From Octopus vulgaris (taxonomy: Eukaryota): a DNA stretch of 64,000 bases. A model generated the notes under the pieces. That model was not told the origin of the DNA and searched no databases. It worked only from the letters and a program-made list of their open reading frames with translations. The translations under genes were made by a program, and so were the position numbers. Below are positions 28,047 to 41,532 of this stretch, piece by piece (the stretch's first letter is position 1; each line of letters opens with the position of its first letter). The stretch spans positions 25,296,001-25,360,000 of the forward strand of contig OX597835.1 of assembly GCA_951406725.2 (NCBI GenBank), written 5' to 3'.

Positions 28047-30185
28047 GATTTCTCTGGGAGAGATACTACTCTCCGACCCCTGTTTTCTTTTTGTTTTTTA
28101 ATCTCTCTTTATCTCTCTCTCTCTCTATTTATCTATTAATCTATTTATTTGCCTGTTTCTCTTTCTATCTATCTATATATCTATCTAGCTATATAAATAC
28201 TTGCCTATCTATCTATATGCCTGCTTATCTAATTTCTCTATCTACCGCAGTTTCTATTTCACTTTCTCTCTTACTCCCGAGGAAAGTAGGATGAGGGTTG
28301 GATGGTTTGAAATATAAGGAGAAAAAAAAGAAACGTAATTATTGATAACACTTTTAATGCGAGCTTTAAATCCATCCGCCTCTCCTCCTTTCCTTGCAAC
28401 TTCTTCATCCCTCTCGCAAATCCCCAACCATCTTAAATCTGCTGGGTTCGAATTTCGCTTTCTTACTCAGTTTTCTAAAACTTGAGGGCTGGATTGCTCA
28501 AGCTTTGACATTTGAGAAGAAACTAGAAGGGACGTAACTGCTGTTGGATTTTCTGTTTAGCAAGCCCTTTCAAACTTTCCCTACAGTTCCCGTACAGGAC
28601 TTCAGCCTCGCTAGCTCAAGGAACTGAGTTTCGTGCTCTCCACCCAAACCCCTCCGTTTCTTGAGGGTCGGACGTGGTTGAGCGCGTAAGTCTTGATGGT
28701 TAAGAAGGCATACAAGGGACGAAACTCACACCATTACAATAATCTCATTTCGCTAGCTCTTTCGTTCAAGGTTCACTTTCTTTCTCTTCTCCGTTTACTT
28801 CGGTATAGTAGGTGAAAGAGCCCAAACTTAGAGATTTTGGCAAGCAACACAAGGGATGTAACTGCTGCCTACATTTCGAGCTTTTCTTTCACAATTTGTG
28901 TAATATTCCCACCCCTTCTCGTAGCTTTTTGATCGTTCTCTAACTTTAGGCCATACACTAATTATTAACTACTCCTTTGCCCAGTATTTCACAAAGAGAG
29001 TAGAGTCGGTAAAACTAATATATGGGGCGGGCAAATTGTTATATTTAATATAATTTTGTGCAACGTCATCGTGAAAATGGATTATATATGTGTAAACTCT
29101 ATTTTGTCTTCTGTTCAATAAGGAAGTAATGGCGAAAAAATTCCTAATAATTGTGTGAACCACTGCCCTTAGTTCATAGGTTCAACTTTCGGTTTCTCAT
29201 TTATAATCCACTCCCTGCTTGGGGCACATGCTTTGAAATTCGAGAAAATGACACAAGGGACATAACTACTGGTTTCTTTTCTGCGAGCGAAAGTTTACGT
29301 AACACTTCCCTTCCACAATATGACCCTTACTCCTGGGTTGTGGTTCGCTCTAACTCCCGCTACCTCTCTTCGCTTGCTTAGGGAGTGTCGGTTGAGGATT
29401 ACCTTGAAAACAAGAACACGATACAAGAGACATATAACTGCTTAATCACCGTTTTTTTCTTCTGTGTTGCTTTACAGATTGACGAACCCTTTTCTTTTCC
29501 AAATTTCCTGACTCATCCCGAATTAAATAAGGCAGTTTGTGCGTTGTCATCCACCCTGCTGAATATAACAACCAATAAATCTCTCTCAAATCTCATCTTA
29601 CCATTTTAAAAATTGGATAGTTTTAAAAATTTACTTCTTTTATTTCGACCACGATTACAAACAGAGGATGAAATATCTATAGTTAAGCGTCTGAGGAAAA
29701 GACTAAAAACCCGAAACTCTCTTAAGTTATTATTTGAGAATCAACAAAAACAAAGACGTTTATTTGTATACAACACATACATATCATCATCGTCGCCATC
29801 ATTTGGCGTTTATGCCCCAAGGTGGCGCATGTTAAACGATTTGACAAGATCTGATGGGCCCAGGGGCTCCAGTGTCTGCTTTGATATGGTTTCAGTGCCC
29901 TTCCAAATCACAACCACTTTGCAGCATGTACTAGATCATTGTGTGTGTGTGTGTCCAGTACTTGTGAGGATGACAAGACTATGAACCTAAGGAATGAGGG
30001 CAAGGGTAGCTATAAAGCTAGGAGATGAGGGGTAACAGTTTGAGAAGTGGCCAGAGCAGAACAGGTTTCTTGTAGAAGAGCTACATGACTATTCACAGGA
30101 CGAAAGAAGGTGAGACTGATTGGATGAAGTCAGAAAGTGATAAAAATAGTAGTGGTGAGGGTTTGAGTGAACCTTTCAAGGTACA

Positions 30186-30367
30186 GTGACCAGTAATAAA
30201 GTCACAATTTTGGCTAGGAAAAAAGTCACAATTAATTTATGGTGGACGGTAATAAAGTCACAGGAAAAAAAGTCACAATTTATGGGATCTGGACAAAACA
30301 CCCCTAGGCAAAAAACCCTCAGACAAAATTCCCCTAGACAAAACCCATGTGACTATTACCTGGATTC
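30186..30367. mobile_element. Small Mutator-like MITE with subterminal repeats
   Basis: G...C termini, imperfect TIRs around AGTCACA/TGTGACT, internal aaagtcaca x4 and gacaaaa.ccc x4. 9-bp TSD caaggtaca/caaggaaca with one mismatch. Confidence 0.6.
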
Positions 30368-31139
30368 CAAGGAACAAGGTGGGCAGAAATGAAATGAGTG
30401 AGGCAGAGGGACCAAAAGTGTGGATGGATGGAAGTTGCAGGAGTGTATGGGGCAAGTAAGAGATGGAGAATGACTTGGATATAGAAGCCAATTACTACTA
30501 CAAACCAACGGACTCTACACAGTACCTACTATTTTCTTCATGCCACCCAAAACACTAAATCCAAAATTCCATTTAACCTAGCTAGAAGAACCCAAATATT
30601 TGTATTTCAATCTGAATGTTCAGAATAAAAGATTCCTTGAATTCCCCATTCCCCTGTATAAAGTAGGGTTGAAGGATAGTTGTAGTGAATGAAGGATGAC
30701 AAAATGATGCTAGAGTTAGAGGGAATAGGAGATAACTGATTGTATTGAACAACAGAAGAATAATGCCACAGTAGACAGGAGAAAGAAATAACATGGGATG
30801 GGCAGGCTGCAGGAGTGGGTGGAGAAGAGAGAGGCAGCCCTTGTACTATATTATATAGAAGAGGGTGAGAGGCATATGGCACTGGAGGAGGAGGAGGAGA
30901 GATGATTTGGTGACTCAGAGATGGAGGAGTGATCAGTAAAAGTGTGGGGGCAGAGGACAATATTTATTTATGGATGAAGAACAAATAACAAATGAAACGG
31001 TTCCCGGGAAGTAAGAAAAGAAGGTGGTATCTATAATGAACTACAGTAAAGGAGATTCTGGGTGGCAGGGGGTGTTTTGAGGAGGTAGGAAATTCGGTAA
31101 AAGGCCCAGTTATCCATTACACAGCGCCACAAGAACTCA

Positions 31140-31850
31140 GTTTCACCAAGATGAGTGGGTCTCCTTGAGAACAGCATATTGCAAGTTTTCCTGGTCCTGG
31201 TCCTCTGTGAGATTCAAGGTTCTGAGATGAGCCTTCACCACTTTTCCCTGTATCTTCCTGTGTCTCCTTCCTTATTCCACAAGCTCCATCCACATTAAAT
31301 GAGTGGCACTTCTTTATACAACAGTCTTCATCCATATGCATCATGTCCATACCAGCATATTCTTCTTTCTTGTACACTACATCTGACTCCTATTATGCCC
31401 AGATTTTCTCTCAGTATATTCCCATTATTCTGTTGTGTATGGGGAGAGTAATTTTCTTTTTGTGCCTCATAACACACTCACTGGTAAAATCTCCACTTTT
31501 TTCTTATTTTTATTGTCCTAAAATTTTCGTTGCGTCTTGCAACCTTTTCAATAATTATAAGAGTCAAAACTATTGGAAAGGTTGCAAGACGCAATGAAAA
31601 TTTTAGAACAAAAAAAATAAGAAAAATGTGGAAATTTTACCGGTGAGTGTGTTATATTATAAGGCACAAAAAGAAAATGACTCTTCCCAGACACAACAGA
31701 ATATGCTTCATCACACGAACTCATATAAAGAATCTTGCAAACCAAATCCAAAAATGAAATATTCCTATTATGTTTTTCATGCACACTTACATCACACATA
31801 CTTACGAAACATGCTTGCTTAATTTCCTTCTAGTCTTCTCAAGGCCTCTG
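31140..31850 (-). mobile_element. Decayed RTE LINE 3' fragment
   Basis: Broken frames RRLEGN*ASM..CDVSVHE and MMHMDEDCCIKKCHSFNVDGACG; homologous to 38790-39010. Confidence 0.65.
31426..31703. mobile_element. Hairpin MITE (TA-flanked, Tc1/mariner-type)
   Basis: About 125-bp inverted arms tattctgttgtgt...ttgcaaccttt / aaaggttgcaag...acacaacagaata; interrupts an RTE fragment. Confidence 0.8.
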
Positions 31851-32386
31851 CATTCAAAGCTCATGTTTGCAGCATTGTAATTCAAGTGCAAGCATCATAC
31901 AAACTACCCTTCTCTCTGAAGAAAAAGACTTATATATGTGTATGTACATACATATATGTGTGTGTACACATACACATGCGCACACATATATATATATACA
32001 TATATATATTATATATGTGTATATATATATATATGTGTGTGTGTGTACACATACACATGCGTTCACGCACACCATGATCGCTTCATTTGATGTAGTAAAT
32101 CTTTATACTACCATTCTACACAAGTACATACTTGAGGCATTGAATCAATAGCTTTTTTGGCTAAGAAAATTTCCTGATGAAATTCCAAACTGGAATTCAT
32201 CACAAGATTAAAATTCGTCCTTCAAAACAATTTCTTCATTTTCAAGGAAAACATTATGTAAAGCATAATATGTTATACATGTATGTATATTGTTATAATT
32301 GGCTTTTTTTAATAAATAAATAGACATAATATAATGTCTAAAAGTTGATGAGCACCACCTCTTGATCCCCTCCGTTTTCTTATTGC

Positions 32387-32442
<56 letters not shown>

Positions 32443-32714
32443 CATATACACATGTTTTTATAAGCACTGAAATGTGTACTGTTAGGTATCAATAAGATGG
32501 TAATTATTTTTGAACGTAGAGACACCATGAGAACAGCAGAAATATTGGGTAAATTATTGATTTCTGTCTCACCCAAAAAGTCAGAAATCTGGCAATTTGG
32601 CAGGAAATATATCTGCCCAACTCCAAAACAATAAAAAGCAAGATTATCCTCTGTAGGATTTGAACTCTGAACATAAAGATTTGGAGTAAATATGTATTTT
32701 ATCCAATATTCTAC

Positions 32715-34167
32715 TGTAGCGGACTCTCTCTCTGTTATATATATATGAGTACAGACGTAATACATAACAGCTAGCCTTCAGCCGCTCTTTTGCACCCTGT
32801 TGTGTCCACTACTCTGATTGGTTGGTATTGGTGCACTTTTGTCTCTTGTTCTGTTACGTGCCAATGTGCAACCCAACCAATCGCAGCCTTCTGATAAGGT
32901 TACGTGAGACAGTCTCTTCTAAACCTCAATGTGCACCGACTGTTCACTATATAATGCTAGCTTCAACACCGTCTTTCATCTTTTGGTTCCAGACCTTCTA
33001 AGGTCTAACCACTGACCACAGAGCATACAGCTAGTTTCAGCGACAACACAACAGCAGCCACATGGAGACTCAACTTTGTCCAGCAGCATTCAGGACATCC
33101 ACTCATGTGGTGGAGTGAACAAACACAAACACCCACATACATAACCATCCACCCAGGGTTACAAAGTGAATAATAGATCATTCTTTTCATTATTATGCTT
33201 CAATGCTTACTGGTATTTCGTCTGTCTTTACATTCTGAGTTCAAATTCCACCGAGGTCGACTTTGCCTTTCATCCTTTCAGAGTCAATAAATTAAGTACT
33301 AGTTGCATACTGGGGTCGATCTAATCGACTGGCCCTCTCCCCAAAATGTTAGCATCTTAACGTCATCAACAACATCTCTCTACGTACACAGCAACCAGCA
33401 ACCCTCGCACAGATTCTATCTCAACACTGTTTGTGAGTTACTTCCCCATGATTAACAGCAAATAAAACCTGTGTGAACTCCTGTACCAAGTAACCTGGAC
33501 ATAGCATTGTAGCCACCACTTCGTACAACACGTACCGCACAGGCTCTGCTTCTTCGCCTCAACTTCTTATTTCTTTATTGCCCACAAGGGGCTAAACATA
33601 GAGGGGACAAACAAGGACAGACAAAGGGATTAAGTCGATTAGATCAACCCAATGCATAACTGGTACTTAATTTATCGACCCCGAAAGGATGAAAGGCAAA
33701 GTCGACCTCGGCGGAATTTGAACTCAGAACGTAAAGACAGACGAAATACCGCCTAGCATTTCGCCCAGTGTGCTAACGATTCTGCCAGTTCGCCGCCTTC
33801 AATTTCTTGTTACAGCACTTCAGCTATCGTGTACCTTGACTACCAGCTGGTATTTATCAACCATGTGTCTGAACATTCTTCTGACGTCATATTATAGACT
33901 CTCTCAATGCTCTGTACTTAATGCACACACTTACACATTATGTATACATGACGGCCTGTCTATTATATGTATGTATGTATGACGCATACACCCACATGTT
34001 AACACATGAATAAAATCTTTCTCTTAAACATTCTACCGGTTGTGTCTCCCTTTTCCTTCTGACACTTGTACTCATTCATCTTTTGTGTATTTATTGTAAT
34101 CAACTGTGTGATGTACTAAAGGAGCCATTCTCGTCACCTCTCCTTCACACGGTCGTTTACACTACCA
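32715..34167 (+). mobile_element. Possible solo LTR interrupted by SINEs
   Basis: TGTAG...CTAC(C)A ends, CCAAT motifs, TATATAA (~32948) and AATAAA (~34009). No clean TSD. Confidence 0.35.
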
Positions 34168-36659
34168 ATTCTGCCAGTCCACCATCTTTTCAATGGAATC
34201 TTTTATCTAAGGCGGCAAGCCGGATGAAATGCCTAGCGGTATTTCGTCTGCCGTTACATTCTGAGTTCAAATTCCACCGAGGTCGACTTTGCCTTTCATC
34301 CTTTCCGGGGCAATAAATTAAATACCAGTTACGCACTGGGGTCGATATAATCGACTTAATCCGTTTGTCTGTCCTTGTTTGTCCCCTCTGTGTTTAGCCC
34401 CTTGTGGGTAGTAAAGAAATATATCTTTTGCCTGTTTCAATCATAGGACTGTAGTCATGCTGGAGTACCGCATTGGAGGGTTTAGTCAGACAAACTCACT
34501 CCAGTGCTTAGTTTTTCTCAGTCCACTACTTATTCTATCAGTCTCTTTTGTTGAACTACTAAGCTATGAGAGACGTACAGAAGCCAACATTGGTTGTCAG
34601 GTGGTGGAGTGAACAATCACAAACACAAACACCCACATACATAACCATCCACCCAGGGTTACAAAGTGAATAATAGATATTTCTTTTCATTACTATACTT
34701 CAATGTAAGATGGCGAGCTGGCAGAATTGTTAGCACACTGGGCAAAATGCTTGGAGGCATTTTGTATGTCTTTACATTGTTGTTTGTTCCTTCTCAAGCC
34801 ATGCCTGCCTCATAAGGTCTGGTTTCCTGGTTTCATAGGCATATAAATTCCCCACCTGGATGAGATGCTGGTCTGTCGCAGGTGAGCTGCTAGATGCAGG
34901 AGGAAAGAGTGAGAGAAAGTTGTGGAGAAACAGTCAGCAGAAGAGTTCACCATCACCTTCTGCCAGAGCCGCATAGAGCTTAAGTGTTTCGCTCATAAAC
35001 ACACACATTGCCTGGTCTGAGATTCAAACCCGTGATCCCTCAACTGTGAGTCCGCTGTCTAACCACTAAGCCATATGCCTCCACTCTACGTTCTGAGTTC
35101 AAATTCCGCCAAAATCAACCTTGCCTTTCATACTTTCAGGGTTGATAAATTAAGTAGCAGTGAAACACTGGGGGGGGGGGTGTCAATGTAATCGACTAGT
35201 CCCCTCCCCCCAAATTTTTAGGCCTTGTACCTTTAGTAGAAAGGATCATCATACTACTTAAAGACAGCAAGCTGGCAGAAATGTTAGCACGCCGGGCGAA
35301 ATGCTTAGTGGTATTTTGTCTGTCTTTACATTCTGAGTTCAAATTCCGCCGAGGTCGACTTTGCCTTTCATCCTTTCGGGGTTGATAAATTAAGTACCAG
35401 TTACGCACTGGGGTTCATATAATCGACTTAATCTGTTTGTCTGTCCTTGTTTGTCCCCTCTGTGTGTAGCCCCTTGTGGGCAGTAAAGAAATAGAAATGT
35501 TAGCATGCCGGGCGAAATGCTTAGTAGTATTTCGTCTGTCTTTATGTTCTGAGTTCAAATTCTACCAATGTTGACTTTGCTTTTCATCCTTTCGGAGTCA
35601 ATAAATTAAGTACTAGTTGCATATTGGGGTCAATCTTATCGACTGGCCCCCTCCCCCAAATTTTCAGGCCTTGTGCCTAGAATAGAAAAGAATTGTTAGC
35701 ATGCCAGGCAAAATGCTTCACGGTATTTCATCTGTCGTAACGTTCTGAGACCGAATTCTGATGAGGACAACTTTTCCTTTCATCCACACGGGGTTGATAA
35801 AATAAGTACCAGTTGAATACTGGGGCCAACATCATCAAGTAGTACTCTCCCCTCAAAGTTTAGATCTTGTGCCTATAGTAAAAAGTATTATAATGCTACT
35901 ATGAGCTGGGAGGATCATTTGCACTCCAGGAAAAATGCTTAGTAGTACTTCATTTATCTTTACGTTCTGAGTTCAAATTCCACTGAGGTCGACTTTACCT
36001 TTCATTCTTTCAAGGTCAGTCCCCGAAATTACTGGCCTTGTGCCAAAATTTGAAACTGTTATTATCCTACTATCTTATCCAAAAAGATGGTAAAAAGCTT
36101 GCTTCCCAACCACATGGTTCCAGGTTCAGTCCCACTGCATGGTACTTTGGCCAAATGTCTTCTACTATAGCTTCGGGCCAACCAAAGCCTTGTGAGTGGA
36201 TTTGGTAGATGAAAACTGAAAGAAGCCTGTCGTATGTGTGTGTATGTGTGTATGTGTATGCATATATTTGTGTGTGCATCTGTGTTTGTTCTCCCCACCA
36301 TTGCTTGACAACCAATGATGGTGTGTTTATGTTCCGGTAACTTAGTGGTTTGGCAAAAGAGACCAATAGAATAAGTACCAGACTTACAAAGAATAAGTCC
36401 TGGGACTGATTTCTTTGATTAAAACCCTTTAAAGTGGTGCTCCAGCATGGCCACAGTCAAATGACTGACACAAGTAAAAGAATCTGCTGATTAAGGGAGA
36501 ATAAGAATTATAAGCTTCTTTTAGCAGTAGCTATGTTGTCAGAAGCATGTAAAACATTCCTTAAATTAGCAAGAGATTAGAAACTAGGTTGGTTTTTTAA
36601 AGACAATATGGTACCGAGACAATGAAAATCGTTAGAAACTTAAACATGTTTTGTTTGGT

Positions 36660-37370
36660 TCCCAAGTTGGCCTTGACTGAACAGATGTATAATCAAAAGA
36701 CATTCCAGCCAGGACCATCTGATCTTTTTATTTTTGGCAGACAAGGTGTATTTAGAATCACATTATCCAGTGCATCCTTCCTTTTTTAAGGCAATAGTGC
36801 GTGATTTGAGGGACATTTGACTGCTTCAGGAAGGTCAAGTGACCATGTAGCATCTCTTTTGTTGGTTTCCAATCCTACCCATGCTAGCATAGAAGGCAGA
36901 CGTTAAACGATGATGATGATGATGATGATGTTATTGTTTAACCCGAGGTCAGCAGACATATGATTAAAGGTGTTCCAGTTGTGGCCATCCTGTCTCTATT
37001 CCATGTCCAAGGAACCCTGGACTGCATGAACATGATCCCAATAGATCCATTTTTAAGATGGTAATATTGTGATTTGAGTAAGATTTGACTGTTATTTCTA
37101 GCAAGCTGAGTGACCATGTAGAGACACCATTATTGTGTGTTTATTATTGTATTTTTATTATTGCATGAAAGAAAGTGGCTGAATGGTTAGGGTGATTGAT
37201 TCATAACCAAAGGATATGATTTCAATTCCCAGACTGAGCAATTAACCTTGTGACAGACTGGAATTTCATTCAATGTAAGTATTGTACATTTTTAAGGTGA
37301 CAGGGTGATTTGAGGTGGATTTGGTTGCTATTTCTAGCGGTTTAGGCAACCACATACAGGCTTTATTACT
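36660..37370 (+). repeat. Cluster of an older dispersed repeat (gtgatttgaggga.atttg.ctg.tatttctagc family)
   Basis: Three diverged copies here; others near 6700-6890(-), 7290-7700, 19910-20080(-), 24070-24200(-) and 58510-58690. Confidence 0.55.
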
Positions 37371-38094
37371 GGCTGACGATTTGCTGTTTGATGAAGGAGA
37401 ACATGATAAGAGCATCTTAAAGAAGATTAAGGCTAGTTAAGGATTAAAGTTATTGCTTCTCGTCTTTATATTCATTTTCTCTATCCTTTCTTTCCTACAA
37501 CCCCCCCTCTTGCCTCTTCTCTCTCCTTACTCTCTCTTTCTCATTCATTTTTCTCTCACATCTCTTCTCTTTTATCACCTTATTTTCATAGTTTACTTTC
37601 CCTCATCCTCTCTCTCTCTCATTCTTCTTCCAAGCTGTTTCTCTTCTCTTATGTTAGACTATTTCCTTGGGAGGTCCTCTCTCTCTTTCTTGCTCTCTCT
37701 ATCTATCCAACTGTCTGTCTGTCCATCCGTCCGTCTGTCTATCTGCCTGTCAATTTGTCTGTCTGACTATCTATCTATCTACCTATCTATCCCTATATAT
37801 AATTAAAATAATGAGGGTACGCTGATGATTTACAGATATTTTGCATTTTGCAAGTATTAATAATGAAATCATGAAATGTAGGTAAACATGACGCATCATA
37901 CTAACCGTGGAGCCTGGAACAATGGATGCAGAGGGTACATGCACACCTCCTAAACTTTTTGCGGGGTGCAAAACCAAAATTTGAACCCCTACTTACTTTT
38001 CTCAGGTTTAGAAAACACTGTGTAAAAAAGTGATCTGTGAAAGTAACTTGAATTTAGGTTTGTTTTCAAAGAGCAAAGAACAAAAATAAATATG

Positions 38095-38445
38095 AACAAG
38101 AGCACTCAGAGAGTGCAAACTTCCACCAAGACAACACCAACGCCCTCTCAACGATTAACCAGAGATTATTTTTAAAATGAGAATATCCGAAATAAACTCA
38201 ACTGCTCTCACAAACGAGGATACTCAAAAATTAAGTAAAAAAAACAAGAAAAATAATCCTGAATCCTTGTCCAGTATCAGATCAATCCCAAAATCTAATC
38301 AGTTTGTGCTAGTCATGAGGTCAAACGTTTCTGAAAATTTCATCTAATTCCATCCAGCGGTTCTTGAGATATCTTGTCCATAGACAAACAAACAAACAAA
38401 CACAACTGAAAACAATACCTCTGCCTTCAATAAGGCAGCAGCAAT
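38095..38445. mobile_element. Helentron/HINE-like non-autonomous element
   Basis: Starts aacaagagcactcagagagtgcaaac; ends in a (CAAA)n microsatellite then acctctgcctt...aaggcag hairpin. This subTIR + microsatellite + palindrome layout is typical of HINEs. Confidence 0.45.
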
Positions 38446-38789
38446 ATAAAGAACAAGACCTTGTTTGAGAAAAGTTTTGGACCAGAGTTTGCACCCCTAA
38501 GCAAATTTTGTTCCCGATCCAGTGATACTAACTATATTTGTGTTCAGTATCTTCAGTATTTCACACACAAACTGCTCAACCATGTAACAGCACACAATTC
38601 ATAACCAAGCTTCATACAATCTACTCTTCACTCAGAGAGAAAAATCCTTAAAATCTTCTCTATGCTGTTCTTAACCTGGTTATCATATTTTTGGAACCTT
38701 CTCCTCTCTTCCACTGCTAATTAAGTCTCTCAGTTAACAGGAGCTATTGACATCTAAGGATCTCCTAAACTGTTTGAAGTCATTTCATG

Positions 38790-39010
38790 TCAGATCTGCA
38801 ATGCTAGTGTGCATATATGACTAAGAGCTGATGCACTGAGAGAAAAATTAGGCACAAGAGGAATCAGGTGTTGTGTGCAAGAGAAAATATTGCACTGGTT
38901 TGGTGACTTGATGTGTATGGATGAGGACAGCTGCATAAAAAAGTGCTGTTTGCTGAAAGTGGATGGAACTTGTGGAAGACATGGGACAAAGTAGTGAAAG
39001 GGGACATGAC
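38790..39010 (+). mobile_element. Decayed RTE LINE 3' fragment
   Basis: Reads ICNASVHI*LRADALREKLGTRGIRCCVQEKILHWFGDLMCMDEDSCIKKCCLLKVDGTCGR, the typical RTE ORF C-terminus (L.WFGHV.RM). Confidence 0.7.
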
Positions 39011-40137
39011 AAAGGGCTGAGATTATTGGCAATTTTCTGTAGTCAAGAAGGCCCATCGATCACAGCAGAAACGATATCAAAAAACTACCTTGGTTATGCT
39101 TGTACATGTGGGCCCCTACCCCTGCCTGTTAAGCATTTCCTCCACATCTCAACACCCAATACTTGTCACTTCTCAATCAATGCTGCTACTCAAGACAGCA
39201 AGCTGGCAGAGTTGTTAGCATGCCGAGCAAAATGCTTAGTGGCATTTTGTCTATCTTTACATTCTGAGTTCAAATTCCACCGAGGTCAACTTTGCCTTTC
39301 ATCCCTTTGGGAGTCAATTAAATAAGAATCAGTTGATAACTGGGGTTGATAAAATCAACTTACCTCATATCTGAAATTGCTGGACTTGTGCCCAAACTTG
39401 AAACCAGTTGATGCTGCTGCTCACCTGCTGTAATTACCCAAGAGCAGAATGGACTCTCCCTCCCAGTTCCTTCATCTTTTCCCCCTGGAACCACCTCCAT
39501 TTCTCATTATTATCCCTATTCACACACACTATTTCCAATGATCACCTCCCTTCTGTGCCTTTTAGCCATTGCTCTCTCTCCTCTGCCATACTTCATTCTT
39601 AACATCTCTCTTATCTGCAATCACTTTCTGTGCCCTCTCTAATCTGTCAATCTGTCTCATCTACCACAGCTCCTGCACTCACAAGCCATGCTCTCTCACT
39701 ATCTCTCACCATCACTCACTACATGCACCTCTTAGCCTATCCCTAGACATCTTTTTTCTCACTTTTATGAAGCATTCTCCATCTCCCCCTCCATCCCAGC
39801 AATCCATTGTTGACATCCTCTCCTACACCTACCTTGTATATTTTGAGATGCTCCAGCATCCCAACACTACTCCTGTCTTCTTTCCAGCTTTCTATCTACT
39901 ACCACATACCCTTATATAATACAAGGTAGCCTTGTATCCCAATTGCAAGACATCTGGGCCTATTCTTTCATCTCACTCTAAGCCTGCCAACGCTTGGCAT
40001 GGAAAAATCATGCCTCCTCTCTCTCTAAAGTTCGTGGCTCAGTGGTTGGAGCATCGAGCTCACAATCAGAAGGTAGTGAGTTCAATTCCTGGACCGGGCT
40101 GTGTGTTTTGTTCTCGAGCAAGACATTTTATTTCACA

Positions 40138-40710
40138 CTAGCAATATAGCCTGGCGTTGCTTGGGTTTATTTTTTAGTTGCACTTAAAATGGCAGACTTT
40201 GATGTCGCGTTAACAAAATTTTGACATGGTTTCAATCTATGAATAAAAGTAGTGTGGTGATGCTCGAGTTTGCTGCAAATATGTAATACCGACTTCAATT
40301 GTTGGTTAATATTCCTTCTATTAACATTATGGAAAAAAAAATTCTTTTCAACCCTTTAGAATTGGAATTTTTGAAAAGTAAAAATTTTGCATTATGTAGC
40401 TTGTTATTCTCTTTAAGTGAACATTTTTCTGGTTGAAATACACCGAAAAATGGCAACACAGCAGTCAAAAAATCGTAAAAAATAGGGATTTTCATAGAAA
40501 AAAAAAAGCACTTTTTTGATGTAAATAACATTTGGTCTTAACATGGTCCGATTTGAAATTTTTCTTGTACGGAATGAAGAGCAAGCCTTCTTCTATCATA
40601 CTCTCAATCTTGGTCAACTTGGTCAACTCTCTCAGAGGAGATAGTGTTAGTTGAAGGCTACTAAACTTGCCACACACACACACAGACAACTTCAGTTTTA
40701 TATTTACAGA
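40138..40710 (-). mobile_element. Non-autonomous Helitron inserted in a SINE
   Basis: On the minus strand starts TCtgtaaatataaaactgaagttgt and ends cccaagcaacgccaggctatattgCTAG, like 43735-44123. Splits a SINE cleanly at tttcacA|Ttgc with no TSD. Confidence 0.85.
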
Positions 40711-40925
40711 TTGCTTCTGTTCACTCAGCTGTAGAAATTGCGATGTCACTGGTTCTAAGCTGTATTGGTTTTTGGCTTTCCCTCGGATAACATGGGCGAC
40801 TGCTGGTCTTCCATATACAACCTTGCTCGGAGAGTAAGTTTCTAGGTGCAATCCCATGGTCATTCATGACAAAAGGGAGTCTTTACCCTTTAACCCTCTC
40901 TCAAATACGAACCCCTTTCCCATTC

Positions 40926-41532
40926 GGATCTATTCCTTTTGAACAGCACATGTCAACACAATTTCTAGTTAACTAAACACTTTAAAACTTTGTATACTGG
41001 TAGAATATGTCAAAATAAAAGATTTTTTTTCTCTTGGCTTTCTTGATAAAATTGTAATTCGTTTGTTTAATGTAGTTTAATTTTTCGAATTTTAACCAAT
41101 CAATTGCCTCTAATTGAGCTAAAATCATTTGCTGCATCTAAAACTGAGACAACATCCTGTCACTAACCCTAACCATCACCCTCACCCTAACCCTAAATTT
41201 TAGCCTTTCGTTTTTTTTACACACGTAACAATTAAATTAATTTAAAAATTAAGAAAAAAAAATTTAGGGTTAGGGTGAGGGTGAAGGTTACGGTTAGTGA
41301 CAGGATGTTGTCTCAGTTTTAGATGCAGCAAATGATTTTAGCTCACTAGAGGCGATTCATTGGTTAAAATTCGAAAAATTAAACTACGTTAAACAAACAA
41401 ATTACAATTTTCTCAAGAAAGCCAAGAGAAAAAAATGTTTTATTTTGACACATTCTACCACTATACGAAATTTTAAAGTGTTTAGTTAACTAGAAATTGT
41501 GTTGACATGTGCTGTTCAAAAGGAAAAGATCC
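40926..41532. mobile_element. Palindromic MITE, GGATC termini, 8-bp TSD, telomere-like core
   Basis: Nearly the whole element is an imperfect inverted repeat (~280-bp arms). TSD TCCCATTC at 40918-40925 and 41533-41540. (TAACCC)/(GGGTTA)-like runs at ~41163-41195 and ~41264-41297. Confidence 0.85.

Noticed and set aside
32184-32211. Hairpin tgatgaaattcca-aac-tggaattcatca as a pre-miRNA or ribozyme
   Set aside because: Too short for a pre-miRNA and lacks the hammerhead GAAA and stems.
41163-41297. Head-to-head telomeric repeats as a chromosome fusion scar
   Set aside because: Short, degenerate and internal to a TSD-flanked palindromic MITE.
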